Shown here in pieces: positions 53,763 to 63,170 of a stretch of 64,000 nt of DNA. The notes beneath the pieces were generated by a model that was not told the DNA's origin, did not search any database, and saw only the letters and a list, made by a program, of their open reading frames with translations. The DNA is taken from the IMG/VR virus record IMGVR_UViG_3300037483_000925, positions 1-64,000 of that record, one strand, 5' to 3'. Both the position numbers and the translations under genes were made by a program. The DNA comes from a virus. Its lineage: Duplodnaviria > Caudoviricetes. Positions within the stretch are counted from its first letter, which is position 1; each line of letters begins with the position of its first letter.

Positions 53763-54559
53763 TGATGATTACCTGCCATATCAAAGTACGGACCCTGGAG
53801 CAGGCATGGCTCCAAGTCATAGCCGAGATCATGGACCGGGGCCGGGAGTACCGTAAGGACGGCGGGTCCCGAGCAGGGATGCTGCGCAAGGCCCTGGATC
53901 TGATGGTCGTAGAAATCAGCCATCCGGAGGAGCGGCCCCTGGTGCCCCTGGCAAGGCCCGGTCTCATCGGGACCATTACCGAGGACGACGCCGAAGGCTA
54001 TCTCCGGGAATACCTGTACAACACCGAGGATCCGGCCGAGCACGAGTCATACACCTACGCCCAATACCTGACCCCTGCCATCCACGCCACGGCCAGGCAC
54101 TACGCCCAGGCCGGATTCTACGTCCAGCAGGCGATCATGCCCGTGGGTATGCCGGACGACGTCGTGCGCTACGTCGAGCCCCATGACCGGGATACGATCT
54201 CCATCCCCTGCCTGAGGATGATCGACACCAGGATAATCAAGGCACCTTGTGAAAAGTGTTTCGGTGGCGGCACTGTTCCTGTTGGCAGACCTATCGAAAT
54301 TAAGGATTGTGAGATATGTCAAGGAACAGGTCAAGGAGAAGATTATCTTTATTACTACGTCTATTTCCGGGCATGGAACCACTTCGGGGCCTTCCCCCTG
54401 AACATGGCCGGCATCCAACTTCTTAAGGAGATCCACTGCGCCGTCATTGGACACGAATCCGGGAAGCAGGTATTCCCCGGCCCCACCGTGGCCATGAGCA
54501 AGGACAGCCACATCAATGACATCGAGTGGGACGCCGCCAACGCCTGGCTGGGAAGATGA
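53759..54559 (+). CDS. thymidylate synthase-like protein with Zn-ribbon insertion
   Basis: IPCLRMID catalytic Cys, YFRAWNHFGAFPLN, SKDSHIN; insert CEKC...CEIC. Confidence 0.8.
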   Translation: MMMITCHIKVRTLEQAWLQVIAEIMDRGREYRKDGGSRAGMLRKALDLMVVEISHPEERPLVPLARPGLIGTITEDDAEGYLREYLYNTEDPAEHESYTYAQYLTPAIHATARHYAQAGFYVQQAIMPVGMPDDVVRYVEPHDRDTISIPCLRMIDTRIIKAPCEKCFGGGTVPVGRPIEIKDCEICQGTGQGEDYLYYYVYFRAWNHFGAFPLNMAGIQLLKEIHCAVIGHESGKQVFPGPTVAMSKDSHINDIEWDAANAWLGR

Positions 54560-55269
54560 TCTACCATCATTCCTCGACATCGATGCCGGAGCTGGCCGAT
54601 GGCTCGGTCCATTGCATCATAACCTCCCCGCCCTATCCCATGATCGAGAAATGGGATGGCTTGTTTGCCGGATTCAACTGCAAGGATTGGTCTGACCAGG
54701 TAGGCATGATCTGGCGGGTGTTCAGGGAGGGGATTAGGGCGCTGGCCCCGGGCGGGATCATCTGCCTGAACATTGGAGATGCCACAAGGTCGCTGAACGG
54801 TAACTTCACCTGCTATCCGAATTATGCCTACCTGGCCACCCTGCTGGCCCTGCAAAGGGATATCTGGCCCCTGATCCCCATCCTTTGGAAGAAGATCAGC
54901 AACCGACCCAATGCCTTCCTCGGCTCGGGATTCCTGCCGGTCAATGCCTATGTCTCCCAGGACCACGAGTATATCGGCATCTTCCGCAAGGGGAAGCTGC
55001 GGCAATTCCATGGAGAAGAGAAGGAAAGAAGGGAACGATCCTCGTTCACCAAGGACGAGCGGGATCTGTGGTTCAGGCAGGTTTGGGAGATCAAGGGTAA
55101 GCCCGGGGCTGGAAAAGATTCCGGCTGGCCCGAGGAGGTCCCCTACCGCCTGATGCGGATGTTCTCCATAATCGGGGACACCATCCTTGATCCGTTCTGC
55201 GGCAAGGGCGAAGGGGGGCTGTATGCAGGCTGGGGGCGCAGGTTTGTGGGCTATGAGATAAATCCATAA
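54556..55269 (+). CDS. DNA amino-methyltransferase (beta class, probably N4-cytosine)
   Basis: ITSPPY motif IV N-terminal, ILDPFCGKG motif I C-terminal. Confidence 0.9.
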   Translation: MIYHHSSTSMPELADGSVHCIITSPPYPMIEKWDGLFAGFNCKDWSDQVGMIWRVFREGIRALAPGGIICLNIGDATRSLNGNFTCYPNYAYLATLLALQRDIWPLIPILWKKISNRPNAFLGSGFLPVNAYVSQDHEYIGIFRKGKLRQFHGEEKERRERSSFTKDERDLWFRQVWEIKGKPGAGKDSGWPEEVPYRLMRMFSIIGDTILDPFCGKGEGGLYAGWGRRFVGYEINP

Positions 55270-56783
55270 TGTCCATCCCCGCCTTCACCCTTCAGCAGAG
55301 CTCGGCCTTCGTGGAGCGGACCATAGCCACGGCCATGATCGTCAGTGACCGGGCGCTCAGGGCCATCGGCCTCCAGCTCAAGCCCAGGTACTTCACTGCC
55401 GCCTTCGCAGCCCGGGTCTCTGAGTGGTGCCTGGGTTACCAGGACAAGTACGGCAAGGCCCCGGGAGCGGACATCCAGGTGCTGTTCGAAAGCCACAGGC
55501 GCAACGGCATGCCCCAGGACGAGGCCCAGATCATCGGCCAGTTCCTGTCGTCCATCAGCCATGAGTTCGAGAAGACAGAAAAATTTAATGAACAGCTTGC
55601 CATTGACGAGGCCCTGAAATACTTCCATGAGCGGGCCTTGACCCTGCTCAGGGACGACCTGGACTATCACCTGTCCGGGGGCAACGTCGTCCAGGCCCAC
55701 GCCGCCGTGTCCCAGTTTGTGGCCCCGGCCGAGAGGATCGCCTTGGGGTTCGAGCCCCTCGATGACATGGAGGGGATGAGGGCCGCCTTCGAGGATAAGT
55801 CCCAACTATTCGACCTGCCCGGGGACCTGGGCAAGATGATCAGCAGTCTGGAGAGGGACAACAGCGTGGCCGTGGTGGGCAAATTCAAGGCCACCAAGAG
55901 TTTCACATCACAGTACCTGGGCTTCCATGCCCTGTACTCGGGCCTGGATGTGGCCTGGTTCGACTTTGAGATGGGGGGCAGGAGGATCAGGCGCCGGATA
56001 GCCCAGGCGATTTGCGCCATGCCCCTGAGACCCCCGGACGGGGACCGGCTCCTGATCCCGGTCTGGGACTGCAAGAAGAACCAGTCCGGGGAATGCTCCC
56101 GGCCGGGGAGGACCGGCTCCGTGTCCCTATTGAAGGATAACCAGAGACCCAAGTGGACGGAGGCAGCCCCGGGCTACCGGCCCTGCGACGTCTGTTTGGA
56201 ACGGGAGCTGGACACCTGGTTCATGGAGCTGGGCTTCTCCGTCCTGGACTGGCGCGGGGCCTGGCAAAAGGCCCAGCAGGTGGCTGGGTCGGTGATGGGG
56301 GCCAAACTCAAGGTCCAGAGCTGGCCCAAGTTCAGCGCCGGGCTCCAGGACGTGAGAGCCACCTTGGACGTATGGCGGCATTTGGAGGGTTTCAATCCGG
56401 ACATCATCATCGTGGACCAGCCCAGTGGCATGAGATTGGAGGGCCGGGGCCGGGATGACCGCAGGAAGATCGACGACCTTTGGAAGGGGCTCTGCGCCCT
56501 GCCCCAGGAACTCCACTGCCTGGGCATCTACCCCTCCCAGGCCGGGGGCAAGGACGCCCAGGAACGGAAGAGGCTCCGGGACAGCGACGTGGCCGAGCAC
56601 GTGGGGATACTCGGGCATGTGGACTGCACCATCAAGATAGACCAGGACGACGTGGACAAGGCCGCGGGCCGGGCCTGGTTCAGCGTGGGGGTAGAGAGGG
56701 ACAGCGCTTCGCCCGAGCAGTATTGCTGCGTGCTCCAGTGCCTGGACTTGGGCCAGCCCGTGCTTGACAGTCGTTTTCGGTAA
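55269..56783 (+). CDS. DnaB-like replicative helicase
   Basis: AWFDFEM, IIIVDQ, PSQAG, DVAEHVGILGH...IDQ; atypical Walker A GKFKATKS. Confidence 0.8.
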   Translation: MSIPAFTLQQSSAFVERTIATAMIVSDRALRAIGLQLKPRYFTAAFAARVSEWCLGYQDKYGKAPGADIQVLFESHRRNGMPQDEAQIIGQFLSSISHEFEKTEKFNEQLAIDEALKYFHERALTLLRDDLDYHLSGGNVVQAHAAVSQFVAPAERIALGFEPLDDMEGMRAAFEDKSQLFDLPGDLGKMISSLERDNSVAVVGKFKATKSFTSQYLGFHALYSGLDVAWFDFEMGGRRIRRRIAQAICAMPLRPPDGDRLLIPVWDCKKNQSGECSRPGRTGSVSLLKDNQRPKWTEAAPGYRPCDVCLERELDTWFMELGFSVLDWRGAWQKAQQVAGSVMGAKLKVQSWPKFSAGLQDVRATLDVWRHLEGFNPDIIIVDQPSGMRLEGRGRDDRRKIDDLWKGLCALPQELHCLGIYPSQAGGKDAQERKRLRDSDVAEHVGILGHVDCTIKIDQDDVDKAAGRAWFSVGVERDSASPEQYCCVLQCLDLGQPVLDSRFR

Positions 56784-56813
56784 AATTGCTATAATATAGG
56801 CAAGGAGAGACCA

Positions 56814-57191
56814 ATGCCACTGACCATCGTCAAGAGATTCGAATTCGGAGCCGCCCACCGGCTCCCCAACTACAAAGGCCCTTGTCAGAACCTCCACGGC
56901 CATAATTGGACCTTGGAGGTGGGGGTTACTGGTCCTGTGGATCGGATTACCGGAATGATCGCCGACTTCAAGCAACTCAAGGATCTGGTCAACGACCATA
57001 TCATTTCCCTTGTGGACCACCAATGCCTTAACGAGGCAGGTATCCCGGGGGTATCCCCCAATCCCACGGCCGAGAACATGGTCCAGTGGATGGTCCAGGT
57101 CCTGACCCATTACCTGAAGAAGACCGGATGCGAATTGGCCCTGATCCGACTCTGGGAAACCAGTACCAGCTATGCGGAGTGGAGACCATGA
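56814..57191 (+). CDS. queD: 6-carboxy-5,6,7,8-tetrahydropterin synthase
   Basis: FGAAHRL...CQNLHGHNW...DFKQLK...DHQCLN...PTAEN...ET. Confidence 0.95.
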   Translation: MPLTIVKRFEFGAAHRLPNYKGPCQNLHGHNWTLEVGVTGPVDRITGMIADFKQLKDLVNDHIISLVDHQCLNEAGIPGVSPNPTAENMVQWMVQVLTHYLKKTGCELALIRLWETSTSYAEWRP

Positions 57192-57835
57192 GAATCCATT
57201 CCCATTTTTTAAGCATCGACGGCGAGGTCAACTTCATGGGCCAAGGGATTCCCAGCATCTTCCTCCGGCTCCAGGGTTGTAATATAAGACCATTTTGCTC
57301 CTATTGCGACGTACCCGAGGCCCAGGACCCGAAGGGCGGTCAGGAGATGTCTGTTCAGGAGGTCTTCGACATTATCCGCGGTTATGAATGCCCCAAGATT
57401 ACTATAACCGGTGGTGAGCCCCTGCTCCAGGACAAAGAAATCCACAAGCTCCTGAACAGACTCTTTCCATACAAATATAAGATCAGTATCGAAACCAACG
57501 GCACCATATCCACGGCCCGGTTCCGGGAATGTAGGAAACCAGACCCGGACGTGGCCCTGGTGGTGGATTACAAATTTTCTGGTCATAATCCCGAAGCATT
57601 CAAGTATCTCCGGGAATGGGACTGGGTCAAGGTGGTGGTCGCGGGCAGGGATGATTTTGAAGCAGCCAGGGATGTCCTTAAATGGTCCCGGGCCTGCGGC
57701 TCCAAGGCTCGCTTTGCCCTGAGCCCGGTCCACGGGGTGCTCCCGGGCAAGGTCCTGGCCGAGTGGATCCTCGATGCCAAGATGTGGGATGTGACCTTGA
57801 ACTGCCAGATTCACAAATTTTTATCCTTGCCGTAA
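57188..57835 (+). CDS. queE: 7-carboxy-7-deazaguanine synthase (radical SAM)
   Basis: SIDGE...FLRLQGCN...CSYCD, ITGGEP, IETNG; start MRIHSH at 57188. Confidence 0.93.
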   Translation: MRIHSHFLSIDGEVNFMGQGIPSIFLRLQGCNIRPFCSYCDVPEAQDPKGGQEMSVQEVFDIIRGYECPKITITGGEPLLQDKEIHKLLNRLFPYKYKISIETNGTISTARFRECRKPDPDVALVVDYKFSGHNPEAFKYLREWDWVKVVVAGRDDFEAARDVLKWSRACGSKARFALSPVHGVLPGKVLAEWILDAKMWDVTLNCQIHKFLSLP

Positions 57836-57923
57836 GAAAAATCCAAAAAATTGACCAGAACTCGCTATAATATAAATGACAGATAAAAATGAATTTCCAA
57901 TAACCAAACCAAAGGAGCAGAGC

Positions 57924-58787
57924 ATGGACACCGGCAGTTTCACCACCAACAAGGACGGCGGCGACGGCTACAAGGCCTGCCGCAAGGCCCTCCAGGAGGC
58001 ATTCAAGGACATCAACGAGGTATTGCAGCCCAAGCCCAAGCTGAACATCATGATGGGCACGGACAAGATGGCCGAGGTCGTCGTTGCCCAGATCGCCGCC
58101 TGCATCGGCCAGGATGCCGTAGGCAACCCCACCTGGACCAATCCCGCGGCCGTGAACCTGAGCCCGGACACCATCAAGCTGTACGAATGGTGCGTGGGTC
58201 AGCGGACTCAGGAATCAATCCAAGACCCGAATTCAGTGGCTCAGACCGTAGGTAAAGAGCAAATGGCCTTTACCAATGCAGAAGGAGAGGAGATAGTTGT
58301 CACTACGGCCCAGGACGCCGCCCAGGCCGCCGAGGACATCTACCTGGCCGACGGCGAGGAGTGCCCGGGCTGGGTCAAGAAAGCCGGACCCACCAACCCC
58401 AAATACGAGGCCATCTGCTTGGTCTGTTCCCGGCTGGCGGCTTGCGCCGATCGGGCTGGGGCGGCCAAGCCCAAGGCCGGGGCCAAGAAGACCGCCGGGG
58501 AGAAGGCAGTGGAGAAGGTCCAAAAAGACGCCGACAAGGCTGCGGCCAAGGAGGCCAAGAAAGCGGAGCGGGCAGCGGCCAAGGCCGCGGGTAAACTTGC
58601 GACTCGGGTCCGGACCGATGGCCCCTCTAATAAACAAAAGGTTTTCGTCTCCTGGAAAGCCAATCAGACCAAAACGGCCGACATTCTCGGTTCCGAAGTG
58701 GATGGTGCCATTAAGACCCAGACCATTAAATCCTGGATCGGTTCTTGGAAACATGGCAAAAATCTGCCAGCTGGGTCTACGGTCTAA
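57924..58787 (+). CDS. Lys/Ala-rich protein with Cys cluster (possible DNA-binding/nucleoid protein)
   Basis: ECPG...CLVC...C, KAAAKEAKK repeats; AAGGAG RBS before 57924. Confidence 0.6.
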   Translation: MDTGSFTTNKDGGDGYKACRKALQEAFKDINEVLQPKPKLNIMMGTDKMAEVVVAQIAACIGQDAVGNPTWTNPAAVNLSPDTIKLYEWCVGQRTQESIQDPNSVAQTVGKEQMAFTNAEGEEIVVTTAQDAAQAAEDIYLADGEECPGWVKKAGPTNPKYEAICLVCSRLAACADRAGAAKPKAGAKKTAGEKAVEKVQKDADKAAAKEAKKAERAAAKAAGKLATRVRTDGPSNKQKVFVSWKANQTKTADILGSEVDGAIKTQTIKSWIGSWKHGKNLPAGSTV

Positions 58788-58791
58788 TCTC

Positions 58792-59247
58792 ATGATCTCC
58801 ACCAATTCCCCTGGGGGAGATTATCCCCCAGGGGCCATTGCTTTTATCGGTTGTAGTAAATCCAAGAGGAATCACTCTTGTTCTGCTAAAGATATGTATT
58901 TGGGAGAGTTATTTAAAAAAGCTTTCAAATATTGTCTCGTCAATAATTTTACTATTTATGTTCTCTCTGCCAAATATGGATTATTATCGCCAAATCAGAT
59001 TATTGATCCTTATGACCAAACTTTAAATACTATGTCACAAGCCGAAAGGAGAATTTGGTACGATCTAGTAAGAACTCAACTCTACCATTTGCAAGTTCCC
59101 GACTTTCTTTTTTATTTCTTTTGTGGAGAGAAATACCATCTACCCTTTCAGGGAAATAAACCCCTACAAGGATTATCCATTGGTCGGCAACTTCAATGGT
59201 TTAATCAAAGAACCACTATAATAAAATCAAAAGGATTCGATTTATGA
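58792..59247 (+). CDS. DUF6884-like protein in the deazaguanine cluster
   Basis: IGCSKSK...AKDMYLGELF...VLSAKYGL...PYDQTLN; start uncertain. Confidence 0.65.
   Translation: MISTNSPGGDYPPGAIAFIGCSKSKRNHSCSAKDMYLGELFKKAFKYCLVNNFTIYVLSAKYGLLSPNQIIDPYDQTLNTMSQAERRIWYDLVRTQLYHLQVPDFLFYFFCGEKYHLPFQGNKPLQGLSIGRQLQWFNQRTTIIKSKGFDL
58808..58834. other. 11-bp GC-rich hairpin
   Basis: CCCCTGGGGGA-GATTA-TCCCCCAGGGG, followed loosely by TTGCTTTT; possible terminator after 57924..58787. Confidence 0.5.
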
Positions 59248-59927
59248 GTTCAAAATGTATTGTCCTTCTCTCTGGTGGTATGGACTCGGCCACTCTTTTA
59301 GGACTTGCCGTTCAACAATACAAACAAGTCATGGCCCTGTCCGTGGATTACGCCCAGCGCCACAAGGTGGAATTGCAATCGGCCAAGGCCGTGGCCGAGC
59401 ATTTCGGTATCGAACACGAAATTCTGGACATTACCAATATCAATCACCTGCTGGCCGGGTCATCCCTGACTTCGGATATGGCCGTACCCCATGGTCATTA
59501 CGAAGACGAATCCATGAAGCAGACTGTGGTTCCAGCCCGCAATACCATCTTACTGAGCCTTGCCGCTGGCTGGGCCATCAGTCGAGAATTCGATACCGTG
59601 GCCTACGCCGCCCATGCCGGAGATCACGCCATTTACCCAGATTGCAGAGCCGAGTTCGTTCTGGCCATGCAAAAGGTCTTTGATGTTTTCGATTACAATC
59701 CCCTTGATCTCTGGGTTCCGTTTTTGGGCCTGGACAAGGCGGGGATCCTCAAAATAGGCATGCCTCTGGGAGTGCCTTACGAAAAGACATGGACCTGTTA
59801 TGATCCACAGAGGGAATTTAAACGAGACCTTTATAAAGCTTGCGGCAAATGTGGGTCTTGCCAAGAACGTCTTGAGGCCTTTGTCCAGCTCGGTATCAAA
59901 GACCCGATTCAATATGTGGAGAAATAA
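59244..59927 (+). CDS. queC: 7-cyano-7-deazaguanine synthase
   Basis: LSGGMDS, DYAQRH, VPARN, YPDCR, TWTCY, CGKCGSC. Confidence 0.97.
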   Translation: MSSKCIVLLSGGMDSATLLGLAVQQYKQVMALSVDYAQRHKVELQSAKAVAEHFGIEHEILDITNINHLLAGSSLTSDMAVPHGHYEDESMKQTVVPARNTILLSLAAGWAISREFDTVAYAAHAGDHAIYPDCRAEFVLAMQKVFDVFDYNPLDLWVPFLGLDKAGILKIGMPLGVPYEKTWTCYDPQREFKRDLYKACGKCGSCQERLEAFVQLGIKDPIQYVEK

Positions 59928-60847
59928 TGATTTATTACAGGATTCAAGAATTTAAAACCGATTGTCAAAAGCTGGCCGACAAAATCAAAGCCAGTGGAAA
60001 AGAATTCAAAGCCATTCGTGGCATTCCCCAAGGCGGTACAGCCGTGGCCCTGGAGCTTGGTTATCTTCTGAGGCTGCCGGTAATTGAAGAAAATGAACTT
60101 GTCATATGGAAGGCAGAATCGGTTCTGATTGTCGATGACTTGGTCGACTCCGGAGCCACCCTGCTTCGATACAAAGGCCATGATTCGGCCACCATCCACG
60201 TCAAAACTCATACCCCAAAAGAAAACTATCCCACCTTTTGGTGTTCCAAGGTCTCTGACTGGATTACTTACTGGTGGGAGGCATCAGAAGAAAAATCTAT
60301 CCGGGATAATGTCATTCGTATCCTGCAATTCATTGGCGAGGACCCGACCCGGGAAGGTTTACTTAAAACTCCGGACCGAGTAGTCAAGTCCTGGGGGGAG
60401 ATCTTCGGGGGCTATAAACAAGACCCTGCCTCGGTTTTTACTACTTTTGAACCTGATGGCTATACCCAGTTAGTCTTGCTCAAGGGAATTGAATTTTACA
60501 GTACATGTGAACATCACATGCTTTCGTTCTCCGGCAAGGCCCATATCGGTTATATTGCCCAAGATCGGATCATAGGCATTTCCAAGCTAGCTCGTCTCCT
60601 GGATGTCTATGCCCGTCGCCTCCAAGTACAAGAACGCATTGGTCAGCAAGTGACCCAGGCCATTATGAAATACCTTCAACCGGCTGGGGCTGCCTGTATC
60701 ATCGAGGCTGAACACCTCTGTATGCGTTGCCGGGGAGTAGAGAAACAGAACTCGATCATGGTTACCAGTTCTTTGACTGGTCGTTTTTTGGAAGATTCTG
60801 ATGCTGGAAGGGCGGCCAGGGCGGAGTTTATGGGGCTAATAAAATGA
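59927..60847 (+). CDS. folE: phosphoribosyltransferase-GTP cyclohydrolase I fusion
   Basis: N-terminal PRPP motif LIVDDLVDSGATL; FolE TCEHH, SKLARL, QVQER, HLCMRCRG. Confidence 0.92.
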   Translation: MIYYRIQEFKTDCQKLADKIKASGKEFKAIRGIPQGGTAVALELGYLLRLPVIEENELVIWKAESVLIVDDLVDSGATLLRYKGHDSATIHVKTHTPKENYPTFWCSKVSDWITYWWEASEEKSIRDNVIRILQFIGEDPTREGLLKTPDRVVKSWGEIFGGYKQDPASVFTTFEPDGYTQLVLLKGIEFYSTCEHHMLSFSGKAHIGYIAQDRIIGISKLARLLDVYARRLQVQERIGQQVTQAIMKYLQPAGAACIIEAEHLCMRCRGVEKQNSIMVTSSLTGRFLEDSDAGRAARAEFMGLIK

Positions 60848-61731
60848 ACAAAATCAATCTCTTTCTGGACTCCGGCGCCTTCTCCGCTTTCACCAAAAAT
60901 ATAACCATTGATATCCAGGAGTACATCGCCTTCATCAAAGAAAACCAAGATGTAATCGAAGTCTACGCCAATCTGGACGTTATTGGCGATCCTGCCGGGA
61001 CCCTGGAAAACCAGAACATTATGGAAGCTGCCGCACTTAATCCCTTGCCTTGTTTCCATTATGGCGAGGATATTCAATATCTGAAATATTATCTTTCCAA
61101 ATATGACTACTTGGCTCTGGGTGGCATGGTCCCCATCTCCACCGCCGATCTGATCCCCTGGCTCGATACTCTTTTCTCGGAACATATCTGTGGTGCGGAT
61201 GGTTTACCCAAAGTCAAAATCCATGGCTTTGGTCTAACTTCTCTAAAGCTCATGCTCCGCTATCCCTGGTACAGTGTTGATTCCACTTCTTGGGTCATGA
61301 CCGGGCGCATGGGCTCGGTCCTGGTCCCCAAACGAGGTGATTATCTGACCGATCCCTGGAAGGTGGCCGTGTCTGACCGCTCCCCATCCAAGGGCGAGGC
61401 CGGGAAACATTTCAAGACTTTCTCGCCCATGGAACAGGAAATCATTATCCAATACCTGGATTCCAAGGGCTATAAGATAGGCTCATCCGAATTCCGGTTC
61501 GAGAACAAGAACTACAAGCCCATAGCCGGGGAACGTTGGCACGGCCCGGCCCGGGGCGATGGTTCCCGGGAAGTGGAATTGGTCACTGAACCGGGCTTGA
61601 GCAATGACTATATGCAAAGGGATGAGTTGAATATTATCTATTTTCTTGATCTTGAGGCTGCGCTGCCGGCTTGGCCTTGGGCCTTCAAACTCAAGACCAA
61701 TCATGCGGTCAAGGGCGGGTTTGATCTGTGA
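60844..61731 (+). CDS. dpdA: DpdA-like DNA guanine transglycosylase (TGT fold), N-terminally short
   Basis: LFLDSGAFS, NLDVIG, PCFHYGE, LALGGMV, IHGFGLT, SVDSTSW; adjacent to que genes. Confidence 0.8.
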   Translation: MNKINLFLDSGAFSAFTKNITIDIQEYIAFIKENQDVIEVYANLDVIGDPAGTLENQNIMEAAALNPLPCFHYGEDIQYLKYYLSKYDYLALGGMVPISTADLIPWLDTLFSEHICGADGLPKVKIHGFGLTSLKLMLRYPWYSVDSTSWVMTGRMGSVLVPKRGDYLTDPWKVAVSDRSPSKGEAGKHFKTFSPMEQEIIIQYLDSKGYKIGSSEFRFENKNYKPIAGERWHGPARGDGSREVELVTEPGLSNDYMQRDELNIIYFLDLEAALPAWPWAFKLKTNHAVKGGFDL

Positions 61732-61916
61732 GAATTTATCTGGCCAGTAATAATCCCGGACCGAGAGAGAGAGAGTTAGAAAAATATAATCGACTCTATG
61801 TTCCTAACCGACTCATTTCCTATTGGCAAATAGTCAACAAAGAAATGGATTGTGAAAATCTTTTTGAATGGTGTAAAGGGGCAAATCTTGCAAGTATTTC
61901 TCGCCACTTGGACTGA
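61728..61916 (+). CDS. MKIYLA-family mini-ORF 1
   Basis: MRIYLASN...NRLISYW; GTGA overlap with dpdA. Confidence 0.7.
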   Translation: MRIYLASNNPGPRERELEKYNRLYVPNRLISYWQIVNKEMDCENLFEWCKGANLASISRHLD

Positions 61917-62075
61917 ACTGAGCCAGAAAATTTCCCTGGATAAACTCAGGCAAAAAACCGCTTATTGTCCTATTTCTTCATAAAAAACGAATCACAGGAG
62001 TGGTTAAAAAACTATGCTAATTCAACGTCAAACACTGGTCAATGCCCTGGGCCTTCTCAAACCCGGCTTGAGTAA
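61888..62075 (+). pseudogene. MKIYLA-family mini-ORF 2, frameshifted at A6 (61952-61957)
   Basis: TTG start with GGGG RBS, MQVFLATW...KLRQK; -1 frame continues NRLLSYFFIKN. Confidence 0.55.
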
Positions 62076-63006
62076 CAAAGATATCATCGAGCAGGGCCTA
62101 TGCTTTAACTTCAACAAGGACACCATCACCACCTTCAATGACCTCATCTCCGTCTCCATTCCCCTGGAGACCGGGATTGAGGGCGCGGTCAGGGCTGAGG
62201 AACTGCACAAGCTCTTGGACCGGATCACCGCCGATGAAATTGAACTGACTCAAACCGAATCCGAGCTCCGGATCAAGGCCGGAAAAATCAAGGCCGGACT
62301 CTCACTCAAAGCTGAACTGCTCCCGCCTCTGGCTGTGGAAAATGAATGGCAAGAATTGCCCAAACAATTCAAGGAGGCCATTGGCTTTTGCCAATTCTCC
62401 ACCTCCAAGGACATGACCAGGCCCCACCTGACCTGCATCCATTTCGAAGGAGTCAAGGTTTCCAGCTCTGATCGCTGGCGCATCACCCAGTTCGCCATGA
62501 CCGAGGCCATTCCGGTGAATTTCCTGCTCCCGGCCTCGGCCGCCAACATTCTCCTGAAATACAACATTACTCACATGGCCTTGGACAATGCCTGGGTTCA
62601 TTTTGCAGACGCAGAATCGGGCCTGGTATTCAGCACTCGGCTTATCCTGGCCGATTTGATGCAGCCGGATCAGTACTTCGATGTCCAGGGTCAGGTGGTT
62701 AGGCTGCCAGATTTGGACAAAACCCTGGAGCGGGCTAAAATAATGGTAGAGGGGGACTCTGATCTGGACCTGACCATCAAATTGATCCTGGAGCCGGGCA
62801 AGTTGATTTGCCGGGGCCAGAAAGAAATCGGTTGGGTGGAGGAGGTCGTGGACCTGGATTACAATGGTTCTCCCATTACCATGATGGTCAATCCCCTATT
62901 CTTGGCCGATATCCTGTCCAGGACCAAGGAAATGATCGTGTCGGAGAACATGTGCCTGTTCTGGGGTGAGAATTTCCGACACGTGATGATGTTGGTAAAG
63001 GAGTAG
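62014..63006 (+). CDS. dnaN: DNA polymerase III beta sliding clamp
   Basis: 330 aa; FSTSKDMTRPHLTCIHF, SSDRWRI, NPLFLADIL, three-domain length. Confidence 0.85.
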   Translation: MLIQRQTLVNALGLLKPGLSNKDIIEQGLCFNFNKDTITTFNDLISVSIPLETGIEGAVRAEELHKLLDRITADEIELTQTESELRIKAGKIKAGLSLKAELLPPLAVENEWQELPKQFKEAIGFCQFSTSKDMTRPHLTCIHFEGVKVSSSDRWRITQFAMTEAIPVNFLLPASAANILLKYNITHMALDNAWVHFADAESGLVFSTRLILADLMQPDQYFDVQGQVVRLPDLDKTLERAKIMVEGDSDLDLTIKLILEPGKLICRGQKEIGWVEEVVDLDYNGSPITMMVNPLFLADILSRTKEMIVSENMCLFWGENFRHVMMLVKE

Positions 63007-63008
63007 TC

Positions 63009-63170
63009 GTGAAGATTTATTTGGCCGGAATGCCTGGGGGGGGATTAAAAGGAAGAAAAAATATGACCAAAATTCCTTTTCTAAAAATCCTGATAAGCTA
63101 TTTTCAATTTATAGATGGACTATGGGATCACAAACAAGATACTTTGTTTCTACTTGAAAAATCAAAATGA
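63009..63170 (+). CDS. MKIYLA-family mini-ORF 3
   Basis: Read manually: MKIYLAGMPGGGLKG...KILISYF; G8 tract. Confidence 0.7.
   Translation: MKIYLAGMPGGGLKGRKNMTKIPFLKILISYFQFIDGLWDHKQDTLFLLEKSK

Noticed and set aside
58297-58791. N-terminal 165 aa of track ORF 58297..59247
   Set aside because: Alternate-frame overlap of 57924..58787; low-complexity Arg/Pro translation; the recognisable domain begins after 58792
59927-60847. QueF-like nitrile reductase call for the T-fold domain
   Set aside because: CEHH, SKLAR, QVQER and HLCM..RG Zn-ligand pattern match FolE, not QueF
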